From Candidatus Saccharimonadota bacterium (GTDB lineage: Bacteria > Patescibacteriota > Microgenomatia > UBA1406 > GWC2-37-13), in contig CP066689.1 in the NCBI GenBank assembly GCA_016432445.1, forward strand, positions 690,001-722,000: a DNA stretch of 32,000 bases, written 5' to 3'. The notes under the pieces were generated by a model that searched no databases, was not told the DNA's origin, and saw only the letters and a list, made by a program, of their open reading frames with translations. This document shows, piece after piece, positions 8,933-16,368 of this stretch. The position numbers and the translations under genes are program-made. Each line of letters begins with the position of its first letter. Positions within the stretch are counted from its first letter, which is position 1.

Positions 8933-10144
8933 TTACCTTAATCTTCCAAAAACAATTTCTGGTAAATCATCAAATGCAACTATCCCCAGTACATGCCTGT
9001 TTTGATCTATAATAGGCACTGCATTTAATTTATATTTAAACATTTTTGCCAAGGCTATTTCTTTAGGTGTAGTTAGATGAATAACAATCGCATTTTGTGT
9101 CATAAATTTGTAGACGGGTGTATCTAAATTTTGAAGTATCATCTCATGAAGACTAAAAACTCCAACTAGTTTATCTTCTTTGTTTAACACATAAATATAA
9201 TTAAGGAATGAAAAATCAGCCGCTTCTTTTTTAATCTTTGATATAACTTCTTTGACAAGAGTATCAGGAGTTGCAGTTAAAAACTGTGTTGTCATTTTTT
9301 CACCAATTGGTGACTGTGACATTTTAAACAAATGCCTTAACTCTTTTTGTTTCCCAGTGTTAAGAAGGAAAAGAATCTCTTCCCTTTTTTTCTCTGATAA
9401 AGTTAGAAGTATATCTACGGCTTCATCAGGATCTATAATTGAAACAACATGAGCGGCTTTCTCTGGTGAAAACTGTTTAAAGATAGCGCTCTGGTAATTA
9501 ATATTTAAATTCTTGATAATATCAACTGCAAAATCTTCATCCAGCGATTTTAGGATTCTATCTGCATTGACAATATTAATTTTCTCAAGATAATCGGCTA
9601 AATCTTCCGGTCTTATTTTCTTAAGTTTATCTTGTTCTGTCTTTAAGATCACCATGCCTCGTGCAAGCTCAAGCGGCTGAATATCAGCCCATGATAAAAA
9701 TTTAGAGGTTATTTTTACTCCAAAATTGATCAAAATACGTGAAATCATATCTTCAATTCCCAGTCTCCTTAAAATGCCCAAGATACCAATGTCAGCGCCG
9801 GCAATATAATATCCTGGGCGATCGTTTATGGCAACGTCATTAACCCTAACAACTTTATTCCCTTCAATATCAATGATTTGTTGATCCAACAGATTTTTAT
9901 TAAGTAGCAGTTCCTGATTAGTGATATTTTGACTCTCAAACTGCTTACTGATAATTATCTGATGATTAATTGACTCAATAGTTGAAGAGGGAATATTCAG
10001 GTAGTTATTTTCTTTATCTTTCACTATGAGTTTGGTTATTTTTGGGGTATCAGAAACGAGAAAAGCAAGATCTTCAAGTTTTCCTACAAAAACACGGTCC
10101 TCTGTACATACTTGTTTTCCTTTCAGCTCGGAAAAATAAAGCAT
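8933..10144 (-). CDS. soluble PRC-barrel + MgtE N-terminal domain + CBS-pair protein (no MgtE membrane domain)
   Basis: 403 aa. N-terminal PRC-barrel-like repeats are followed by an MgtE_N-like helical region (DLADYLEKI...DPDEAVDILLTL) and then two CBS motifs. There are no hydrophobic segments. It lies 6 nt upstream of the Nramp-like gene on the same strand. Confidence 0.7.
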   Translation of the reverse strand: MLYFSELKGKQVCTEDRVFVGKLEDLAFLVSDTPKITKLIVKDKENNYLNIPSSTIESINHQIIISKQFESQNITNQELLLNKNLLDQQIIDIEGNKVVRVNDVAINDRPGYYIAGADIGILGILRRLGIEDMISRILINFGVKITSKFLSWADIQPLELARGMVILKTEQDKLKKIRPEDLADYLEKINIVNADRILKSLDEDFAVDIIKNLNINYQSAIFKQFSPEKAAHVVSIIDPDEAVDILLTLSEKKREEILFLLNTGKQKELRHLFKMSQSPIGEKMTTQFLTATPDTLVKEVISKIKKEAADFSFLNYIYVLNKEDKLVGVFSLHEMILQNLDTPVYKFMTQNAIVIHLTTPKEIALAKMFKYKLNAVPIIDQNRHVLGIVAFDDLPEIVFGRLR

Positions 10145-10200
10145 AAATGGATTATACCTCTTATATATTAGTACTTCAACCTCTATAAAATTGCTACTTA

Positions 10201-10209
10201 TGCTATAAT
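10201..10209 (+). promoter_or_regulatory. extended -10 promoter element TGCTATAAT upstream of tRNA cluster
   Basis: TGnTATAAT match 48 nt upstream of the first tRNA. The identical 9-mer recurs at 29464-29472. Confidence 0.4.
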
Positions 10210-10256
10210 TTAGTCGACCGTTTATAAACCATAGATAATAATCTATAAACTATTTT

Positions 10257-10457
10257 GGGTGTGTGGCTCAGTGGTAGAGCGCGTTCCTGACCCGCCCGCC
10301 TTGACTTCGCGGTCAAGGGCAATTGGCTCAGTGGTAGAGCGTCGTCCTGATAAGACGAAGGTCGGAGGTTCGATCCCTCCATTGCCCACATTGGAACGTC
10401 AAGGCGAAGTCGGGCGCGGTAAGAACGAGGTCCCAGGTTCGATCCATGGCACACCCA
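10257..10457 (+). tRNA. interrupted tRNA gene (Val-GAC or Ile-GAU depending on junction) whose 129-nt intervening sequence contains a whole tRNA-Ile
   Basis: The 5' part at 10257-10291 reads GGGTGTG TG GCTCAGTGGTAGAGC G CGTTC CTGAC. The 3' part at 10421-10457 reads AA GAACG AGGTC CCAGG TTCGATC CATGG CACACCC A. Together they give a 72-nt cloverleaf with perfect acceptor and anticodon stems. The only flaw is one G:A mismatch in the T stem. Confidence 0.6.
10317..10388 (+). tRNA. tRNA-Ile (anticodon GAU)
   Basis: GGGCAAT TG GCTC AGTGGTA GAGC G TCGTC CTGATAA GACGA AGGTC GGAGG TTCGATC CCTCC ATTGCCC A. The cloverleaf is perfect. C4-G69 and A73 are present. CCA is not encoded. Confidence 0.9.
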
Positions 10458-10478
10458 CCCTTCGCCTAAATACCAATT

Positions 10479-10552
10479 GGACCCGTGGCTCAGTTGGTTA
10501 GAGCGCCTCGTTTACATCGAGGAGGTCATAGGTTCGAGTCCTATCGGGTCCA
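10479..10552 (+). tRNA. tRNA-Val (anticodon UAC)
   Basis: GGACCCG TG GCTC AGTTGGTTA GAGC G CCTCG TTTACAT CGAGG AGGTC ATAGG TTCGAGT CCTAT CGGGTCC A. The cloverleaf is perfect. Confidence 0.9.
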
Positions 10553-10618
10553 CTCTGGCTAGAGCGGTCCGACGTTACGTCGGACATGTTGGGGGTTCGA
10601 AACCTTCAGCGGCCACCA
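10553..10618 (+). pseudogene. 5'-truncated tRNA-like element (T arm, acceptor 3' strand and encoded CCA, but no acceptor 5' strand)
   Basis: Starts directly after tRNA-Val. Reads ...TGGCTAGAGC G GTCCGACGTTACGTCGGAC ATGTT GGGGG TTCGAAA CCTTC AGCGGCC A CCA. There is no GGCCGCT partner upstream. The D arm is about 8 nt too short. The anticodon arm is a perfect 19-nt palindrome. Confidence 0.5.
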
Positions 10619-10629
10619 AAGGACTCTAC

Positions 10630-11664
10630 TTATTTTTCCAGCGTGTAGACTGGAATTTGGTCAAAGTAGCGATGTTTCCAACCGTAATCAACCTGCAGAC
10701 AATCTACTAAGGAAAAGCCATTCTCAATAGCTTCCTTAAACTCATAGTAAAGAAGAAAGTTGCCAATGCCTTTGAATCGATCAAGATCATTACCTCCCTT
10801 AACCATGTAATATTTGTCTTTATACGTTATAACTAAATCAATAGCGGCTAAGTGTTTTTGTATATGTATTTCAACAAACTGAGTTTTATAAACACCAGAA
10901 TTTTTTATGATATTCCTATATGTCCTCAATCTATCTTTATCCAAAAGATCGCTTTCATCGTCTAGTCTGGTACTAAAACGTAAGATATTCATCTTAGCTA
11001 ACTTATCAAAGTGTTTATCATTGTTTGTTTTAATAACTTTTACGCGCGGATTCAAACCTTCTATTCGGTAATAATCAGCTTTAAGGTTATAGCGATCTTT
11101 TTTATCAAAACTTTGCAATAACTCATCCATTGAGTTAACTTGACTTATATCTTTTAAATTTTTCGGATCGTCATATTTAAGTTGGTTAAATATCTTTTTT
11201 TTACTCCAGTCCGAGTTAACTTCAATAGCATTGAGGAGTAGAGGATTAGGTGCAATCTCAAACAGTACATCTATTAGCTTTTCGTCTTTCACAAAGAAAG
11301 TGTTATCTTCCATCCAATCACTACCAAACCATAAATATTTTTTTCGATGCTTACTGTACCACAAAGGTAATACCCCAAGAGGTTTCTGTCTTTCATACAA
11401 TGTATAAAAATAGGGCTGATATCCATACCCCTGATACCAGGCAAAACGAAAATCCCAAAGGTCAAATAATGATTTTTTAGGCGAGAATTCTTCCCATAAA
11501 GTAAAACATTCTTCAATATTTGAATGTACTTTCACTGTTAAGCGAGGAATTAGTTTTGATAAACCATTCCTATAAAAATAATTATTTTCTTGATTTTTGG
11601 GAATATAATGCAGTAGCGGTATAGAGATTACGTTTCCTGGTGGTTCTGTATCTGAAATTTCCAT
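10630..11664 (-). CDS. GNAT-fold acetyltransferase-like protein (CelD/BcsL / FemAB-like family)
   Basis: 344 aa. The C-terminal region (KGIGNFLLYYEFKEAIENGFSLVDCLQVDYGWKHRY) resembles the CelD-type GNAT domain. Assignment is by resemblance only. Confidence 0.45.
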   Translation of the reverse strand: MEISDTEPPGNVISIPLLHYIPKNQENNYFYRNGLSKLIPRLTVKVHSNIEECFTLWEEFSPKKSLFDLWDFRFAWYQGYGYQPYFYTLYERQKPLGVLPLWYSKHRKKYLWFGSDWMEDNTFFVKDEKLIDVLFEIAPNPLLLNAIEVNSDWSKKKIFNQLKYDDPKNLKDISQVNSMDELLQSFDKKDRYNLKADYYRIEGLNPRVKVIKTNNDKHFDKLAKMNILRFSTRLDDESDLLDKDRLRTYRNIIKNSGVYKTQFVEIHIQKHLAAIDLVITYKDKYYMVKGGNDLDRFKGIGNFLLYYEFKEAIENGFSLVDCLQVDYGWKHRYFDQIPVYTLEK

Positions 11665-11821
11665 AAAATTTTAACTATAAATTAATAGTAAAACATGTTC
11701 GAAATTTGTCAATAGGCATTTTAATTTAGTTATAATAATAAAGCCTTCTAAAGCTCTTTTCGAGAATGACGGATTTACAAACTTTTCAATAAAAATAAAA
11801 AATTATTGATTTTTTTAATTT

Positions 11822-14074
11822 ATGTATAATGTTTTTATGAGGAAATCATTTAAAAAATTTTTAAGTAGCTATTTAAACAATTTTTTTGAGGCTATAATAA
11901 ACTTATTTATCTTTCTTCCGTATTTTTTTTCTATCTTAACTCTTTTTAAAACCTTGTTTAATCCTTGGAAAAATATTGTCGACTCAAAAAAAAATATAAG
12001 TTTTTCTTGGAGCGACTGGATAAATCGTTTAAGTTTTAATTTTATATCACGAATGATGGGCTTGATTATGCGTATATCAATAATATCTTTTTATTTACTT
12101 CTTCAACTGCTTTTTGTTTTGGCTATTCCATTTATAATGATTATTTATCTTTTTTTTATGCCCTTGATGTTTGTTATGGATCGATTCTTTCCGACAGAGG
12201 AGGAACGCAAAAATAAATTAAAGAAGTACTTTATTTCAATACACCTGCTAGATCAAAAAAATCTTAGTATTGTAAGCGCATGGTTTGAAGAACATTATAA
12301 TAAAACTGAAAAAAAAACTCAGTGGTGGAAACTTTCTAATCTTATGTCAATGCCTCCTTTAGCCCGAGACTGGTCAGTCGGCTACACACCCCTACTTGAT
12401 CAGTTTTCACAAGAGTTATCAAAAATTTCTTATCAAAAAAAATTCAAACATATTGTTGATAGAGAAAAAGAAATTGAACAAATTGAAAGAATCTTAAGTA
12501 AATCTGAGGAAGCTAATGTTGTCATTGTGGGTGAAGAAGGAGTCGGTAAGCATACAATTATTGATGCCTTTGCCAAAAAATTATACGAAGGCAATACTAA
12601 CAGCTCGCTTTTGTATAAACGAGTGTTAAAAATTAATATGGAAAAAATTATTTCCTCTTATTCAGACCAAACTCAGCGAGAACAGTTTATTGAGGAGTTA
12701 CTCGAAGAAGCAGCTTGCGCTAATAATATCGTTGTTATTATTGATAAGATTGATAAATATATAACTACGGATAATAACCATGTTGACCTTACGACATCGA
12801 TTGAAAAATATGCTAAACAATCAAATCTTCAAATAGTAGGAATCACTACTCCTTTTTTTTATCAAAAGTATATTTACACAAACGAGAGACTAAATCGGTT
12901 GTTTACTAAAATCGACGTGCAAGAAATAGCTAAAGAAGAAGCAATCAAGATACTGATGGATAAGTATGATATTTTTGAGCAACGATATAAGGTCATTATC
13001 CCCTATGAAACACTCATTGAGATTATTGATAAAAGCAGTTTTTATATTACTAATATTCCTTTTCCGGAAAAAGCTATGCAGCTACTGGATGAAGCCTGTA
13101 TCTATGCTGTCCAAAAATTACATAAAACTCATATAAGTACAGATATTATAAATACTATACTTTCTGAAAAGACACATATTCAAATTGATCTTACTCAAGA
13201 TTTAAAAAATAAGCTAATCAATTTGGAAGAATTGTTATCCAATCAAATCGTAGAACAAAAAAATGCAGTTGATGAGCTGGCGCTATCACTAAGAAATGCC
13301 TTTGTTTTGAGAGAAAAAAGAAAAAAACCACTTGCTAGCCTGCTTTTTTTAGGCCCAACAGGCGTTGGGAAAACAGAAACTGCTAAAGTAGTTGCCAAAA
13401 TATTCTTTGGCTCGGAAAAAGAGCTAACTCGCTTTGATATGTCTTTTTATCAAACCAAGGAAGATATTCACCAACTAATAGGATCACAGGAAACAGGAAA
13501 TCCAGGTCTTCTTTCTCTGGCAGTAAGAGAAAAGCCTTACTCTGTTTTACTTTTGGATGAGATTGAAAAAGCAGATAAAAACCTTCTTAATATTTTTTTA
13601 ACTGTATTTGATGAAGGATATTTTGTTGATAGCTATGGAAAAAAAGTTGATTGTAAAAATATGATTATAATCGCCACATCAAATGCTGGTTCTGACTTTA
13701 TTTTTAAACAATCACAGTTATCGCAGTTTTTAAGTTCTAAAGATATTATACCTATTTTAATAGAAAAGAATATATTTACTCCGGAATTCCTTAATAGATT
13801 TGATGGTATTGTTGTTTATAACCCTTTAAGCCCAGATGGCGTCTATAAAATTGGCCTAAAAATAATGACAGATATAACTAATCAAATTACGGATCTTCAC
13901 AAAATTAAGGTAATAATAAATCCTGAAAAATTAAAGGATGTTATATTTAAGAATTACGACAGTTCATTTGGAGCCCGTAATGTTGAACGCATCTTAAGAC
14001 AAAAAGTACAGGATAAAATAGCTAGATTAATAATCGAACAGAAAATAAAAGAAGGAGACATTCTCGAACTATAA
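11822..14074 (+). CDS. membrane-anchored Clp/Hsp100-family AAA+ ATPase (degenerate D1, canonical D2)
   Basis: 750 aa. The N-terminal ~120 aa has hydrophobic segments. D1 has GEEGVGKH and VVIIDKID. D2 has GPTGVGKTETAK, LLLDEIEKA and the sensor region SNAG...ARNVER. The start could instead be the ATG at 11837. Confidence 0.8.
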   Translation: MYNVFMRKSFKKFLSSYLNNFFEAIINLFIFLPYFFSILTLFKTLFNPWKNIVDSKKNISFSWSDWINRLSFNFISRMMGLIMRISIISFYLLLQLLFVLAIPFIMIIYLFFMPLMFVMDRFFPTEEERKNKLKKYFISIHLLDQKNLSIVSAWFEEHYNKTEKKTQWWKLSNLMSMPPLARDWSVGYTPLLDQFSQELSKISYQKKFKHIVDREKEIEQIERILSKSEEANVVIVGEEGVGKHTIIDAFAKKLYEGNTNSSLLYKRVLKINMEKIISSYSDQTQREQFIEELLEEAACANNIVVIIDKIDKYITTDNNHVDLTTSIEKYAKQSNLQIVGITTPFFYQKYIYTNERLNRLFTKIDVQEIAKEEAIKILMDKYDIFEQRYKVIIPYETLIEIIDKSSFYITNIPFPEKAMQLLDEACIYAVQKLHKTHISTDIINTILSEKTHIQIDLTQDLKNKLINLEELLSNQIVEQKNAVDELALSLRNAFVLREKRKKPLASLLFLGPTGVGKTETAKVVAKIFFGSEKELTRFDMSFYQTKEDIHQLIGSQETGNPGLLSLAVREKPYSVLLLDEIEKADKNLLNIFLTVFDEGYFVDSYGKKVDCKNMIIIATSNAGSDFIFKQSQLSQFLSSKDIIPILIEKNIFTPEFLNRFDGIVVYNPLSPDGVYKIGLKIMTDITNQITDLHKIKVIINPEKLKDVIFKNYDSSFGARNVERILRQKVQDKIARLIIEQKIKEGDILEL

Positions 14075-14078
14075 ATAA

Positions 14079-14107
14079 TTGACAAAGAATATTGTGCTTG
14101 TTATGAT
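14079..14107 (+). promoter_or_regulatory. candidate sigma70-type promoter (TTGACA-17-TATGAT)
   Basis: TTGACA at 14079-14084, a 17-nt spacer, then TATGAT at 14102-14107, 24 nt before the ATG at 14132. Confidence 0.45.
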
Positions 14108-14131
14108 TCTTTCAGGGATATAATTAAACCT

Positions 14132-14545
14132 ATGGACAAAAAATTGTTAGGTTTGCTATTTATGTTTTTTTTGACATTTGGTATCTTCTCTACAGTTGTC
14201 GTTTTTAATAAACCTTTAACTCAGCTTACCAGAGCAAAGGAAGATATTATTCCTTCAGGTTCAAAATCATTAATTTTTGCTTGGCCGCTCACTGTACAAA
14301 GTGATGGAAAAAAAACCTCGACTATAACCGTTTTTGTAAGAACTGCTAAAAGTAAACCTCTTATTAATAAAACAATTACTCTCAACTCAACACTTGGTGA
14401 TATTAAAAATAAAACTGCCATAACAGATAAAGAAGGAAAAGCAGTATTTGAGCTATCCTCTCAAAATAAAGGTATTGCTAAAGTTGAAGCTGTTATAGAT
14501 AACACTATTAAAATCACCCAAACAATTACAATTAAGTTTGAATAA
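14132..14545 (+). CDS. small membrane-anchored/secreted protein with bacterial Ig-like (Big_1-like) domain
   Basis: 137 aa. An N-terminal hydrophobic anchor is followed by a beta-rich region (ITLNSTLGDIKNKTAITDKEGKAVFELSSQNKGIAKVEAV) that resembles invasin/intimin-type Ig folds. Confidence 0.4.
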   Translation: MDKKLLGLLFMFFLTFGIFSTVVVFNKPLTQLTRAKEDIIPSGSKSLIFAWPLTVQSDGKKTSTITVFVRTAKSKPLINKTITLNSTLGDIKNKTAITDKEGKAVFELSSQNKGIAKVEAVIDNTIKITQTITIKFE

Positions 14546-14562
14546 AATTCTTTTATAGCATT

Positions 14563-15441
14563 ATGAGAATATCAAAAGTAGTAATTCCTGCTGCCGGTTT
14601 TGGCACTCGTTTTTTGCCTCAAACAAAGGCTATGCCTAAAGAAATGCTTCCTATTGTAGATAAGCCCGTCATCCAATATGTAGTTGAGGAAGCAGTTGAA
14701 TCTGGTATAGAAGACATCGTTTTAGTAACCGGTTCAAACAAGCGGGCTATAGAAGATCACTTTGATTCCCCAGATGAAGATTTATCAAAAAACCTTATTC
14801 AAGGAAAAAAGTCTCATCTTTTAGATCAAGTCAAAAAAATCTCAGAAATGGCTAATTTTATTTATGTACGCCAAAAAGGACCTTATGGCAATGGTACCCC
14901 TGTTTTGGCAGCCGAGCCAGTCATAGATAATGAATCTTTCGCAGTTTTATGGGGAGATGAGTTTATTTATTCTAATCCACCCCGCCTGTCTCAAATGATA
15001 AAGATTCATGAAAAATATGGCGGAGTTGTTATCTCAGGAGTTCGCATTGAAAAAAAAGAAGACCTAAAAAGATACGGGATTGCCGATGTAGAACATGTTG
15101 ATGCTAATGTATATAAAATAAAGGAAATTGTTGAAAAACCAGAGCCAGATAAAGCTCCGTCTAATATCGCCGCCCATGGCGGATATATTTTACCTCCTGA
15201 GATTTTTACTGCATTAAAAAAATTATCTCCTGGAAGAAGTGATGAAATCTGGCTTGTTGACGCTATAAACCTTCTAAAACAGCAGGGAATTCCTGTATAT
15301 ACTGTTGAGATAAAAAACGCAAAATATTATGACACGGGCAACAAGCTTGAATATATGAAAACAGCCGTGGAATTAGCCCTTGAGCATAAAGAAATTGGGG
15401 AAGAATTCAGACAGTTTTTAAAAGAACTAAATCTTAAATAA
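14563..15441 (+). CDS. galU: UTP--glucose-1-phosphate uridylyltransferase
   Basis: 292 aa. N-terminal KVVIPAAGFGTRFLPQTKAMPKEMLPIVDKPVIQYVVEEA is diagnostic. Confidence 0.9.
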   Translation: MRISKVVIPAAGFGTRFLPQTKAMPKEMLPIVDKPVIQYVVEEAVESGIEDIVLVTGSNKRAIEDHFDSPDEDLSKNLIQGKKSHLLDQVKKISEMANFIYVRQKGPYGNGTPVLAAEPVIDNESFAVLWGDEFIYSNPPRLSQMIKIHEKYGGVVISGVRIEKKEDLKRYGIADVEHVDANVYKIKEIVEKPEPDKAPSNIAAHGGYILPPEIFTALKKLSPGRSDEIWLVDAINLLKQQGIPVYTVEIKNAKYYDTGNKLEYMKTAVELALEHKEIGEEFRQFLKELNLK

Positions 15442-15467
15442 ATTTAATTTCTAAGAATACCACAAAC

Positions 15468-15555
15468 CAGATTCTGGCCTTCGGCTCTGAGGCCGCTCAG
15501 GCTCGAAGAGACGCGCTTCGCCCGCCTTTGGCGTGGCTGCGCTTGCCAGAATGAC
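15468..15555. repeat. GC-rich palindromic intergenic element (closing stem plus two internal hairpins)
   Basis: ATTCTGGC (15471-15478) pairs with GCCAGAAT (15545-15552). Internal hairpins are CTTCG...CGAAG and CGCC-TTT-GGCG. G+C is far above the surrounding DNA. Confidence 0.6.
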
Positions 15556-15603
15556 GGACGCATTTCTCTTGCTTTTTTGGCCTTATCCTGATAAAATCTT
15601 TTT

Positions 15604-16320
15604 ATGAAAAATACCGCTGACACATCTAAGTCTTTCGAAAAAGAAGTTCAAGAACTTTTCGAGATTGGCGCCCATCTTGGACATAAAAAAAATAGACTTC
15701 ATCCAAAAGCAAAAAGCTATATTTATAAAATTATAAACGGCATTTCCATCATTGATCTTACTAAAACTGTCAATAATCTTACGCAAGCTAAAAAATTCTT
15801 GAATGAAACCGCTAAACAGCAAAAAATTATGCTTGTTGTTGCCACTAAAAAAATCGTTAACCAATATGCAACTGAAATCTGCAAAAATAATAACCTTCCT
15901 TATATCACTACTAAATGGCTTCCTGGTTTATTAACAAACTTCTCCGCTATTATTAAAAATGTTAAACACCTTCAGGAATTAAAAGATCAAAAAGAAAGAG
16001 GAGAATGGGATAAATTTGTAAAGCATGAAAGAATTAAACTGGATAAAGATCTTTTAAAATTAGAAAAATTTTATGGAGGGCTCCTTGATTTAAATAAGAA
16101 GCCTGATGTTTTACTTATTATAGACAGCAAAAAAGAAAGGAATGCTCTTATTGAAGCCCAAAAAAACCTTATTCCTGTAGTCGGAATTATTGATACTAAT
16201 TCAGATCCTAATCAAATCGATTTCTCAATTTTAATAAATGATGACTCTCCTTCAGTACTTCAGCGCATACTGTCAGAGCTCGTTAGCGCTTATGTAAAAG
16301 GAAGAGAATCCGTAAGCTAA
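15604..16320 (+). CDS. rpsB: 30S ribosomal protein S2
   Basis: 238 aa. Contains GAHLGHKKNRLHPKAKSYIY and is followed by tsf. Confidence 0.9.
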   Translation: MKNTADTSKSFEKEVQELFEIGAHLGHKKNRLHPKAKSYIYKIINGISIIDLTKTVNNLTQAKKFLNETAKQQKIMLVVATKKIVNQYATEICKNNNLPYITTKWLPGLLTNFSAIIKNVKHLQELKDQKERGEWDKFVKHERIKLDKDLLKLEKFYGGLLDLNKKPDVLLIIDSKKERNALIEAQKNLIPVVGIIDTNSDPNQIDFSILINDDSPSVLQRILSELVSAYVKGRESVS

Positions 16321-16322
16321 AC

Positions 16323-16368
16323 ACCAATTCTCAATTTAAAATTTAGAATTTTAAATTAAAAATTAATT
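16323..16368. repeat. phased heptamer spacer (NNNAATT x6)
   Basis: ACCAATT CTCAATT TAAAATT TAGAATT TTAAATT AAAAATT, running up to the tsf ATG. Confidence 0.75.

Noticed and set aside
10292-10420. Group I (or group II) self-splicing intron as the explanation for the tRNA interruption
   Set aside because: The interruption is only 129 nt, and 72 nt of it are a complete tRNA. There is no room for the conserved P3-P9 core and no recognisable P/Q/R/S elements.
10203-10710. Track ORFs 10203-10454(-), 10259-10501(+) and 10477-10710(+)
   Set aside because: They run across the tRNA cluster. They have no SD, and their composition is driven by the tRNA sequences.
15468-15555. Known small RNA upstream of rpsB (SRP RNA, 6S, tmRNA, RNase P or an r-protein leader)
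   Set aside because: I could not recognise any of the conserved motifs of those families by eye. I kept it only as a GC-rich palindromic element.
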